Below, in pieces: positions 1 to 8,638 of a stretch of 64,000 bases of DNA; positions within the stretch are counted from its first letter, which is position 1, and each line of letters begins with the position of its first letter. Both the position numbers and the translations under genes were made by a program. Below the pieces are notes generated by a model. It did no database searches, was not told the origin of the DNA, and saw nothing but the letters and a program-made list of their open reading frames with translations. The DNA is from an uncultured Chloroflexia bacterium. GTDB taxonomy: Bacteria > Chloroflexota > Limnocylindria > QHBO01. The stretch spans positions 96,001 through 160,000 of the forward strand of contig CAWGTN010000003.1 of NCBI GenBank assembly GCA_963825525.1. Reading direction: 5' to 3'.

Positions 1-318
1 GGCCGCGTCGACCAGCAGCAGCACGGCGTCGACCATGAGCAGCGACCGCTCGACCTCGCCGCCGAAGTCGGCATGGCCGGGGGTGTCGACGATGTTGAGA
101 CGCACCCCGTCCACGTCCACCGTGGTCTGCTTCGCCAGGATGGTGATGCCCTTCTCGCGCTCGAGATCGCCCGAGTCGAGCACCCGATCCACCAGGGCCT
201 CGTTGGCGCGAAACGTGCCGGTCTGCCGCAGCATGCCGTCGACCAGGGTCGTCTTGCCGTGGTCGACGTGGGCGATGATCGCGAGATTGCGCAGATCGTG
301 TCGGGTGGCGGTCGTCAT
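1..318 (-). CDS. typA: Translational GTPase TypA/BipA, N-terminal part (runs off window)
   Basis: Manual translation [30 protein letters not shown]...[13 protein letters not shown]...[17 protein letters not shown]; CACGAT -10-like hexamer 7 nt before the ATG. Confidence 0.95.
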   Translation of the reverse strand, partial: MTTATRHDLRNLAIIAHVDHGKTTLVDGMLRQTGTFRANEALVDRVLDSGDLEREKGITILAKQTTVDVDGVRLNIVDTPGHADFGGEVERSLLMVDAVLLLVDAA

Positions 319-470
319 CGGCCCCATCGTGGCAGATGCGCGTACATGGCGCAGTTTGGGGTGAGGGTGCTCGGCGGAATGACGTACGGCGGAACAGGAC
401 GGGTGCTTGATCCGTCCTTCTCATCACGCGCGTAGCGTGTCGTCAACAGACTCCCCAGGAGTGCACCCGA

Positions 471-587
471 ATGCTCCGGCACGAACCAACTCGAACATCC
501 GTTGCCGATTGGGAGCTCGGCATCGCCGCCATCCTGCTCCTCATCGGGGTGGTCCTCACCACCCTCGTGGTCCCTGCCCTCGTCTGA
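471..587 (+). CDS. 38-aa single-TM micro-protein
   Basis: AGGAG 9 nt upstream; MLRHEPTRTSVADWELGIAAILLLIGVVLTTLVVPALV; fills the intergenic gap. Confidence 0.55.
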   Translation: MLRHEPTRTSVADWELGIAAILLLIGVVLTTLVVPALV

Positions 588-592
588 GTCCG

Positions 593-1648
593 TCAGGGAC
601 GCAGCCGGTAGAAGCGGAAGAAGTCGTTCTCGATCGGCAGGATCTCGAAACCGCCGAACCCCGCTCGCTTCGCGTAGCCGCGGAGCGTGTCGGGACGCAT
701 CACCGTCCCCGTCGCGACACTCGGTGCGCGGGATCGCCCGTCCGGCAGGCAGGTCGTGATGCTCCAGCCGTACATGAAACGTTCGATGTCGTCGCCGGGC
801 GGCGCGAAGGACTCGGCCACTCGCTCATCGACCACGATCAGGGATCCGCTCGGGCCAAGGGCCTTCCTGACCGCGTCCAGCACGGGCACCGGGTTCGCCA
901 TGTCATGCACCGCTTCGATGATGATCGCGGCGTCATAGCCGTCTCCCAGGGTCGCCGCCGCGTCGGCATGACGGAACTCCACGCGATCGCCCACGCCGGC
1001 GGCCGCCGCGTTGGCGCGTGCCGCATCGATGGAGGGGCCGTCCAGGTCCACGCCCACGATCCGTGCCCGCGGGTAGGCCCGCGCGATGGCGATCGTCGAC
1101 CAGCCCTCCCCACACCCGACGTCCAGCACGGTCGCCGCCGGGGCGGAACTCAGTCGCTCGTGCAGGTCGGGGATCGCACCCAGCCACTCCGGGCCGAGAA
1201 GATGCGTGAACGGCGGCCGGTTGAGCGCCGCCTGTCCCTCGCGCATGTCCGTGCCGTACCGCTCCCATCCGACGCCGTCGCCGGTCCGGTAGGCGTCGAC
1301 CAGCTCCGGTAGGCGGCCGAAGGCCGCGACCATCATGCGAGCGATGGGCGCCATGAGGTTCAGGCTCTCCGGATCCACCAGGACCGCGGCGTGGTCGGCG
1401 CTCAGGCGGAAGCGGCCGTCGGCATCGACCTCGAGGATCGACCCCGTGGCCTGCTGCTCGAGCCACTCACGCGCGTAGCGCTCGTCGATGCCCGCGCGGG
1501 ACGCGAGCTCGGACGGGCTCGCCGGTCCGTCATCGACCAGGGCCCGATACAGCCCAAGTCGATCGCCCAGGTACACCCCGGCGAGGTCGAACGCGCCGAG
1601 GGCAGAGGCAAACAAGCGCTCGCTGAGCGCATCGGCGGAGGCAGTCAC
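593..1648 (-). CDS. Class I SAM-dependent methyltransferase with N-terminal wHTH (Rv2258c-like)
   Basis: LGDRLGLYRAL, RYAREWL, VLDVGCGEGW, EAVHDMANP motifs. Confidence 0.9.
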   Translation of the reverse strand: MTASADALSERLFASALGAFDLAGVYLGDRLGLYRALVDDGPASPSELASRAGIDERYAREWLEQQATGSILEVDADGRFRLSADHAAVLVDPESLNLMAPIARMMVAAFGRLPELVDAYRTGDGVGWERYGTDMREGQAALNRPPFTHLLGPEWLGAIPDLHERLSSAPAATVLDVGCGEGWSTIAIARAYPRARIVGVDLDGPSIDAARANAAAAGVGDRVEFRHADAAATLGDGYDAAIIIEAVHDMANPVPVLDAVRKALGPSGSLIVVDERVAESFAPPGDDIERFMYGWSITTCLPDGRSRAPSVATGTVMRPDTLRGYAKRAGFGGFEILPIENDFFRFYRLRP

Positions 1649-1763
1649 TGGTCTTCTCCGTTGAGGGTGATGGGTGACAAGTATTGCGTCCCAACCCCGC
1701 CACCCGCGACGGTCATCCGATCGGTTGGCCCATGCGTCATTCGGACCGGCAGCCGTGCCATCC

Positions 1764-2060
1764 TCAGCCGATGTCGGTGGTGCCCCCGGGACGCGGTGAC
1801 GATCGCTGAAATCGGACGGCGATGACGAGCGTGGCGGCTCCGATGAGCAGCGCGACGCTGTTCGGCACGAAGATCGCCGGGTTCCCGAGCGAGATGCCGT
1901 ACGCGACCCACAGGCTGAACCCGATCTCCAACACGCCGAGGTAGGCGATCGAGATGTCCGCCGACGATCGACGCCTGAGCATCCGGCGAATCTGGAGCAG
2001 GGGCGCCAGCGCCATCAGCACTCCCCAGCTGGCGGCAGTCACGGCAAGCGCATCGGTCAT
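1764..2060 (-). CDS. SemiSWEET / PQ-loop family transporter
   Basis: About 98 aa, 3 TM, PLLQIRRM...SSADIS, LWVAYG, PN motif; AGGAG RBS before ATG 2060. Confidence 0.8.
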   Translation of the reverse strand: MTDALAVTAASWGVLMALAPLLQIRRMLRRRSSADISIAYLGVLEIGFSLWVAYGISLGNPAIFVPNSVALLIGAATLVIAVRFQRSSPRPGGTTDIG

Positions 2061-2151
2061 GGGAACTCCTCGTGTCGAAGCGCTCAGGACCGATCGGGCC
2101 GCGTTCGCTGGACAGGCGACCACCGAGGAGCGCGCGCGCGGCCCGACAATG

Positions 2152-3797
2152 CTACTCCGGAACGCGGATCGGCTGGCTCGGCGCTGGGTCCGTCGTGGCC
2201 GCGGGCCGCCGGAAAAGCTCGAGCTCGGGGACCAGCAGGATCACGATCGCCGCTGCACCTGCGGCGCCCGCCACGGCGAGCCACATCGCAGTCGCGATGG
2301 CCTGGTGGATGGCATCCACGATCTGTCCGATGAGTGGCTCGACGGTCGGCCGCGCCGCGGCCGGGACGCTCGAGAGGATCTGCTGTCCGAGGTCCACGCC
2401 GACGCCGGTCAGGTTGGCGTCGGCAGCGGCGCCGCCGGACGCGAAGCGATCTACGATCGGCTGCGGAACGCCGCCCGCCGCCAGCTGGCGCGGGATCTCG
2501 TTGGCCAGCGAGGTACCGAAGATCGTGCCGGCCAGTGCGAGGCCGACGGATCCGCCGACCTGCCGGAAGAAGGTCAGCGCGCTGGTTGCGGTTCCGAGCA
2601 TTCGCGGTGCGACCGCGCTCTGGACCACGATCGTGAAGACGGTGAAGGACGGGCCGATGCCGAGCCCGGCGATGAACATCCAGAGCCAGACGGTGGTGAT
2701 GGGCGTATCGGATCGGATGCCCGTCATCAGGAACAGCCCCACCGTGCCGACCGCCATGGCCCCGGCCGTCAACCACTTGTAGCGCCCGGTGCGGGCCACG
2801 ATGAAGCCGGAGGCGATCGAGCTGCCGATGACGCCGGCGATGAGCGGCAGCATCTGATAGCCGGACTCGGTCGCGCTCGAGCCCAGCACGAACTGGAACC
2901 AGCGGGGGATGAAGATGACGGCGCCGAAGAATCCGAACGTGATGAGGAACGTCGCGATGATCGAGGCGGTGACGGTTCGGTTGCGGAACAGGCTGAGTGG
3001 CAGGATCGGCTCAGCGGCGCGCGATTCGATCCATACGAAGAGCCCACCGAGCAGGGCACCGATGAGCATGAGGCCGCCGACCTGCGGGTCTGCCCATTCA
3101 CCGGTCTGCTTGTTCGTCAGGCCGAGGAGGAACGGGATGAGGGCTGCCGCGAACACCGAGGCACCGAGGTAGTCGATGGACCGAACGGCTTCGGGATGAC
3201 GAACGGGCGGCAGGAGGCGCCACAGGACCGCGAGCGCCACGATGCCGACCGGGAGGTTGACGAGGAAGACCCAATGCCAGCTGATCGTGTCGGTGAGGAA
3301 GCCGCCGAGCGCGGGGCCGAGGATCGAGGCGATGGCAAAGACGGCACCGAACAGACCCTGGTACTTCCCACGCTCGCGCGGGCTGAAGAGGTCGCCGATG
3401 ACGGCGAGGGCGATCGGGAAGATGGCACCCGCGCCAGTCCCTGGATGCCACGGAAGGCGATGAGCTGGACGATCGACTGGGACAGTCCGGCAAGGAGCGA
3501 CCCGACCAGGAACAGGCTGACGCCGAACATGATCATGGGCCTGCGGCCGAACTGGTCGGAGAGCTTGCCGTAGATAGGCCCGGTCACCGTTGCGGCGAGG
3601 AGGTAGATCGTGACGACCCACACGTAGAGCTCATTGCCGGAGAGATCGGTGACGATGCGCGGCAACGCGGTCCCGACAATGGTCTGGTCGAGCGCGCTGA
3701 GGAAGATGGTGAGAAGGACGGCGCCAAGGATCTCCATCCTGGCGCGCTGGGTGACGTGAACGGGTGCCTGGTCGGGTGCGGGTGATGCGCTGGTCAT
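2152..3797 (-). CDS. DHA2 (EmrB/QacA) MFS efflux transporter; one frameshift near 3435
   Basis: ORFs 3117-3797 (LDQTIVGTALP, GKLSDQFGRR) and 2152-3621 (WHWVFLVNLPVG) join at FRGIQGL/GAGAIFP. Confidence 0.88.
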
Positions 3798-4265
3798 GCG
3801 GTTGCTTCCTCGGATGACGCTGATCGCGCGCGCCGCGGCGTTGAGATCCCTGACCGACGCGGCCAGGCGTTCCTGTTGGGTCGCGTGAGCGACTCGATGA
3901 GCCGAGCGATGCGGTCGCGCCGGCTCTGCTCCATTCTCGGATGAGCTGGCGGCCCTGCTCGGTGAGGGTGACGAACACGACGCGCCGATCGACGGTGTCG
4001 TGCGTTCGCTCGACGATGCCGCGCTCGGCGAGCCTGCCGATGATCCCGGTCGCGTTGGGGAGCGCCACGTCCAGGCGTTCGGCGATGCGACTCATCGGCA
4101 CTGCTCCTCGATCTCGAGGAGTGCGAGCACGCCGAAGCCGACCATGGAGAGGCCGTGCTCCTGGCAGCGAGCGGCCCACGCACGGCGATGCTGGGCCAGG
4201 AGCGGAACGAGCGCGTCGATGATTTCGGCCGCCCGCGATAGGGTGGCGCGCGAGGTTCGAGTCAT
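3794..4265 (-). CDS. MarR family regulator with several frameshifts
   Basis: Pieces across frames: MTRTSRATLSRAAEIIDAL..., MSRIAERLDVALPNATGIIGRLAERGIVER..DRRVVFVTLTEQG, ...SEEATA*; lies upstream of the MFS pump. Confidence 0.8.
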
Positions 4266-4271
4266 CGAGTT

Positions 4272-4311
4272 AATTATGGTGACATGAATGATTATGTCAA
4301 TCGGAATGATT
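4272..4311 (-). promoter_or_regulatory. marR promoter (TTGACA-16-CATAAT) overlapped by tandem AT-rich operator-like repeats
   Basis: -35 at 4300-4295, -10 at 4278-4273, 7 nt before ATG 4265; ATTATG-N7-GAATG repeated with an 18-bp period. Confidence 0.6.
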
Positions 4312-4338
4312 AGCCTTGGAAATCGATGCCCCCCGACT

Positions 4339-4425
4339 CGTGGACGCCGTGTGGATAGCTTCGGAATCCGACCGAAAGTTCGGGGATAAGTGGGCTTGCG
4401 CAGCGCCGGCCCGCGACCCGATACT
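4339..4425 (+). promoter_or_regulatory. DnaA-box-like array plus sigma70-type promoter (copy 1)
   Basis: CGTGGACGC 4339, TGTGGATAG 4350, CGGGGATAA 4381, TTGCGC 4396, 18-nt spacer, GATACT 4420; same layout as 17151-17236. Confidence 0.7.
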
Positions 4426-4427
4426 GA

Positions 4428-4580
4428 GGTCGTCCCGAAGGGGCAAGCGACCGGATCACAAGATTTCGATCATGAGTTCCGGCAGCGGGTTTGGAGGCTT
4501 CGGCCAAAGATCCTGACGGCAGCGGTGGCTTCGGTCACCGAGGTCGGACGCCTGTTCCTTCGGGACATTTCGCATGCCCG
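4428..4580 (+). ncRNA. Unrecognised structured ncRNA, copy 1
   Basis: 24-nt identity to copy 2 at the 5' end; four UUCG-capped hairpins; compensatory changes relative to copy 2. Confidence 0.75.
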
Positions 4581-4590
4581 CGGAGGATCG

Positions 4591-5352
4591 ATGAGCGTGA
4601 CACCGGACGTCGGGCCCGGCGCCCGCGTCCACGACATTCGCGTCGCGGATGACGCCGAGGCCTTCCTGGTCGAGCCCGAAGAGGGCGGACGCGGGCCAGC
4701 GGTGCTCTTCCTCCACTGGTTCGACACCGAAGCGACCGATGGAAACCGCACGCAGTTCCTGGACGAGGCTGCGCACCTTGCGCGCGACCGCGGCGTCGTC
4801 TCCATCCTGCCGCAGGGTCGCTTCCCATGGGCCGGGGATCCTTCCGACGCAGCCAGCGACATCGAGCGCATCGGCGCGGAAGTCGCGGCCCATCGGGCGG
4901 CCGTGGATCTCCTCAGCGCCCGTGACGATGTCGATCCATCGCGCATCGGCCTTGTCGGGCACGATTTCGGGGCCATGCACGGCGTGCTGCTGGCGGCCGA
5001 CGACACGCGCATCTCGGCCATGGTCATCATCGCCGCCACGCCCCGCTGGGGGGATTGGTTCCTTCCGTTCTGGGCGATCGATGGCGATCGGCACGACTAC
5101 CTCCGCGCGCTGGCTCCGGTTGACCCGATCTCGCGGATCGCCGACGTGGCGCCCCGGCCGATCTACCTGCAGTTCGCCCGCAACGACTTCTTCATTGCCG
5201 CCATGACCGGGCTGGAGCTGCACCGTGCCGCCGCCGAGCCCAAGGAGATGCGCGCGTACGACGCCGACCATGGGATGCGCGTGAGCGAAGCGCGCGACGA
5301 CAGGGTCGCGTTCTTCGACCGCACGATCCTCTCGGAGCGCCCGACCGGCTGA
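4591..5352 (+). CDS. Alpha/beta hydrolase (dienelactone hydrolase/acetyl xylan esterase-like) with GHDFG elbow
   Basis: VDPSRIGLVGHDFGA, QFARNDFF, YDADH; GGAGG before ATG 4591. Confidence 0.85.
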   Translation: MSVTPDVGPGARVHDIRVADDAEAFLVEPEEGGRGPAVLFLHWFDTEATDGNRTQFLDEAAHLARDRGVVSILPQGRFPWAGDPSDAASDIERIGAEVAAHRAAVDLLSARDDVDPSRIGLVGHDFGAMHGVLLAADDTRISAMVIIAATPRWGDWFLPFWAIDGDRHDYLRALAPVDPISRIADVAPRPIYLQFARNDFFIAAMTGLELHRAAAEPKEMRAYDADHGMRVSEARDDRVAFFDRTILSERPTG

Positions 5353-5451
5353 GTGCCGGCTTCAGGGGTTGCGCCCCGCGGTATCCTCAGCGGGCCGTCA
5401 TGCCCTTCGGCACCTCAGGGGGTTCGCGATACGTTGGCCGGAGGTGCGCAC

Positions 5452-5625
5452 GTGGAATTGGCAACCGGGCGCGACATGCTCGTCATCGCTCTGCTCGTGG
5501 CGGCGGTCCTGAGCACGATGTGGATTCTGTCCGCGACGCGCCGGCATCCCGCCGAAATCGGCCGCGCCGAGGACGCCCGTCGGACCCCTGAGGCGCGAAG
5601 GGACCAGACGCCTCGAGTGCGATGA
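5452..5625 (+). CDS. Small single-TM protein
   Basis: GGAGGT 6 nt before GTG 5452; MLVIALLVAAVLSTMWIL followed by a charged tail. Confidence 0.5.
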   Translation: MELATGRDMLVIALLVAAVLSTMWILSATRRHPAEIGRAEDARRTPEARRDQTPRVR

Positions 5626-5635
5626 CGCTGCCACC

Positions 5636-6358
5636 TCACGTGTCGGTCGGGTAGTTCCAGCGGCCCACCTGTGAGGCGAGCGTGACCGGGTCGAGAATCA
5701 CGATCGATCCGGCCGACGTCGTGACGATGCCCTCGCTTCGGAGTTCGCGAAGCACGCGGGCCACGACTTCTCTCACGGTGCCGACGCCGTCCGCGAGCTG
5801 CTGCTGCGTGACAGGCACCGTGAGACGCTGAGGCTCATCGGTGGGATGGGCCAGGTCCAGCAGGTGGCCCGCGACGCGCTCCCGCATGGTGCCGAAAGCA
5901 TGGGCGGCCAGGCTTGCGTACGAGTCCTCCAGCCGCTGGCTCAGAGCGTGGACGACCTGCGTCGCGGCGCTCGCGTCGGTCTCGATGATCTCGCGCAGAT
6001 GTCGGATGTTGAACTCCACGACCGTGCAGTCCGTTACGGCCGAAATGCCAAGCGGTGCCCGGTCGCCGACCAGGGGAAACACGCTGCCGATCAGCTCACC
6101 CGGACGAGCGTATCGAACGGTCAGCATCCGACCGTCCCCGGCACCGATGTACGCTCGCGCGACGCCAGACTCGACGACGCCGGCCCGCGTCCACTCGGCG
6201 CGCGGCGGGAAGATGGCCGCCCCGGCGCCGACACGCGTGGTGGTCGCGCTGTCGAGGATCTGTTGGCGGAGCGATTCGCTCAGACCCGGAAGGAAGCCTG
6301 CGCCGATGAGGGGCGCGTCGCTCGTCTCGTCCGTGGCATCCGCCTCCGCTTGGTGCAC
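5636..6358 (-). CDS. Crp/Fnr family transcriptional regulator (start uncertain)
   Basis: cNMP-binding-like domain (VESGVAR..PGELIG); HTH TQQQLADGVGTVREVVARVL. Confidence 0.9.
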   Translation of the reverse strand: MHQAEADATDETSDAPLIGAGFLPGLSESLRQQILDSATTTRVGAGAAIFPPRAEWTRAGVVESGVARAYIGAGDGRMLTVRYARPGELIGSVFPLVGDRAPLGISAVTDCTVVEFNIRHLREIIETDASAATQVVHALSQRLEDSYASLAAHAFGTMRERVAGHLLDLAHPTDEPQRLTVPVTQQQLADGVGTVREVVARVLRELRSEGIVTTSAGSIVILDPVTLASQVGRWNYPTDT

Positions 6359-6378
6359 TCTCGTCGCCGTCGCGGAAG

Positions 6379-6394
6379 CGTGACCTACGTCACG
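6379..6394. promoter_or_regulatory. Crp-type binding site
   Basis: CGTGA-cctacg-TCACG, a perfect GTGA-N6-TCAC between the Crp gene and the divergent operon. Confidence 0.7.
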
Positions 6395-6516
6395 GACTAC
6401 CGTCGCGGGCACGATCCGATCGGTCGATGGTAGTCGGGCGGACGATCGGGTGTCATGCACACATTCCCACGCATTTGACGCCCACGTCATTCAATCTCTC
6501 GACGGAGTTCTTGATC

Positions 6517-6906
6517 ATGAAGCGCATCCTGTTCGTCGCGCTTGCCGGCCTCTTCACCTTCGGCGGTGTCTACGGCCTCGCGGCAAGCCTCAACCTCACC
6601 TCGGACGGGCTCGGTGCTGCGACGCAGGTCGTCGCAGGCTGCCAGGCCGGGACCCTCACTGCGACCTATACCTCGTCCTACTCGTCGTCGACTCCGGGCT
6701 ACACCGTCCCGACGGTCAACGTGACCGGCCTCGCGGCGTCGTGCTACAGCAAGGCATACCGGATCACCCTGACCGGCGCCGGCAACGCATCACTCGGGGA
6801 AGCGACCGGTACCACGCCGGCCAGCGGCACGACCTTCGCGGCGACATTCACGCCAGCGATCAGCGCGACCTCGATCACGGGCATCTCGGTCGTCATCAGC
6901 GGCTGA
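6517..6906 (+). CDS. Secreted putative fibre/pilin subunit (SipW substrate)
   Basis: Signal peptide, then AASLNLTSDGLGAA; Thr/Ser-rich beta protein with two Cys; GGAG RBS. Confidence 0.7.
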   Translation: MKRILFVALAGLFTFGGVYGLAASLNLTSDGLGAATQVVAGCQAGTLTATYTSSYSSSTPGYTVPTVNVTGLAASCYSKAYRITLTGAGNASLGEATGTTPASGTTFAATFTPAISATSITGISVVISG

Positions 6907-6976
6907 CCTCGATCCCCGGGTCGCCGTCCGAGTCATCGGCGGCGGCCCTGGGTGATCCGCAGCAAGAGACGTGCGC

Positions 6977-7349
6977 ATGAGTCCCTGGCGATCCGCCGCG
7001 ATCACCCTGCTGGCAACGATCGCCGGGGCCAGCGTTGGCGCCGCCGCGTCCCTTGCCCTCTCGGCCGGGAGCCTCGGTTTCGCAACCGCCAGCGTGCCGC
7101 AGGTGCACGAATGCGGGATTGACGGTCACGCCGATCCTCACCGTGAGCACGGTGACGAGCGTCACCGTGAGCACGTTGCCGCCGGCATGCGGAGGAGCAA
7201 CCATGGCGGTGACCGTCGATGACGGCACGACGACCGGCAGCGGCTCCGTCGTCATTCCGGGTGGCGGAGGGTCGGTGAGCGTGCCGATTACCGGGACCGC
7301 CGCCCTGCTGGCCTCGGTCCGGATCGATCTCGTGATCCTGGGACCGTGA
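6977..7349 (+). CDS. Second putative fibre subunit; frameshift near 7100
   Basis: MSPWRS...AAASLALSAGSLGFATASVP joins RCTNAGLTV...LPPACGG; paralogous pattern and Cys pair. Confidence 0.65.
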
Positions 7350-8080
7350 GCCGACCCGTCGTTCGTCATCTCTCGAGTGTCGTGGCGATCCTCACGGCCG
7401 TGGCGCTCGGTGGTTCGTGGGGCCCGGCCAACGCCGCCAGCCTGTCGTTCAGCTCGCAGCTGCTCACGCCATATCGCACCTGCGTCCTCAGCGGGACGCC
7501 GGCAACGACGACGGTCGTCGCTGATGCGGAGGTCAGGCAGGCAACCGCCGGGACCAACTATGGCACCGCGACCACGCTGGTCGTCACCTCGAGCGGGACC
7601 GCCAACCGCCGGATCTACCTGCGGTTCGACCTCGCCGCCTGCGTTCCCGCCATCCCCGTCCACGGCGACTGTCCGGCTCGCGACGCTCCGGCTGTATGCC
7701 AGCGCCCTGCCGGCCGCCTGCCGCACACTCGATGTGTTTCGCCTCACCACCGCCTGGACGGAGGCGGCGATCACCTGGACCAATCAACCGTCGGGAACGG
7801 TGCTCAACACGCCCGCCGCTTGCCACCCGCTCGGACTCATTCGATGTCGGCACTCCGGTCGGCTGCCTCAACCGAACGGCGGGGGCCTACGTCAACGGGG
7901 TGGACCTCACCGCGGACGTGGCCGGCTTCGTGTCCGGGGCGTACCACCAATCGCGGGTGGATGATCCGTGACGATGTCGAGGGCTCGGCGACGGCTCGCA
8001 CCGTCACCTTCTCGGCCAAGAACCTGGGAACGCCCGCCCAGGCTCCGCAGCTGATCGTCACCTACGTCGTGGTGCCATGA
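7346..8080 (+). CDS. Secreted DNRLRE-domain-like protein (putative tip/adhesin); internal frameshifts
   Basis: NAASLSFSSQLL; ADAEVRQA..TNYG, RIYLRFDL, ATLRLY, WTEAAITWTNQP, DLTADV, NRGWMI, PQLIVTY across three frames. Confidence 0.75.
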   Translation: MSRPVVRHLSSVVAILTAVALGGSWGPANAASLSFSSQLLTPYRTCVLSGTPATTTVVADAEVRQATAGTNYGTATTLVVTSSGTANRRIYLRFDLAACVPAIPVHGDCPARDAPAVCQRPAGRLPHTRCVSPHHRLDGGGDHLDQSTVGNGAQHARRLPPARTHSMSALRSAASTERRGPTSTGWTSPRTWPASCPGRTTNRGWMIRDDVEGSATARTVTFSAKNLGTPAQAPQLIVTYVVVP

Positions 8081-8638
8081 GCCTTCGTCCCTCGAGCATC
8101 TTCGGCACGATCGTGCTCGTCGTCCTGTTCGGTGCGTGGTTCGGCCTGTTCCGTCCCGTCAGCCTGGGCGGGCCGGCGACCTGGGTGGTCATCCGCGGGA
8201 GCTCGATGCAACCGACCTACGACACCGGCGATCTCGTGGTCATGCACGCGTCGGACGCGTACGCGTCAGGAGACGTCGTCGCGTACCGCGTTCCGGAAGG
8301 CCAGATCGGAGAGGGACACGTCGTTGTGCACCGGCTGGCAGGGGGCAACAACGGGGCGTGGGATGTCCTGGGCGACAACAACGACTCACTCGACCCGTGG
8401 CACCCGTCTAACGCACGACATCCTGGGCAAACCATGGATCACGGTCCCCGGGGCTGGACGGGTGGTGGCGTGGCTCCATCAGCCGGCGGTCCTGGCGGCT
8501 CTGGCATCGGCGATCGTCGTTTCGCTGCTCGTGGGATCGGAGACACCGCGCGCTGTTCCGGATCGCCGCCGCTCCACCATCACCTACGCCTGGTCGAAGG
8601 GGTCTAGACCTGCTCCATCGGAACAGCCGATGCGCTGA
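8077..8638 (+). CDS. sipW: ER/SipW-type signal peptidase I; frameshift near 8410
   Basis: GSSMQP, GDLVV, GDVVAY, VVHR (Ser-His dyad), GDNNDSLD, then ILGKPWITVPGAG in the next frame. Confidence 0.85.

Noticed and set aside
2152-4265. MarR-MFS fusion
   Set aside because: One repair of the indels would fuse them, but the SEEATA* ending with an ATGA overlap is the usual two-gene arrangement.
4339-4390. oriC
   Set aside because: Only about three DnaA-like boxes, duplicated at two loci, with no dnaA/dnaN nearby and no AT-rich unwinding element at copy 2.
4428-4590. Riboswitch controlling the hydrolase
   Set aside because: No recognisable aptamer consensus, and the homologous copy has no same-strand downstream gene.
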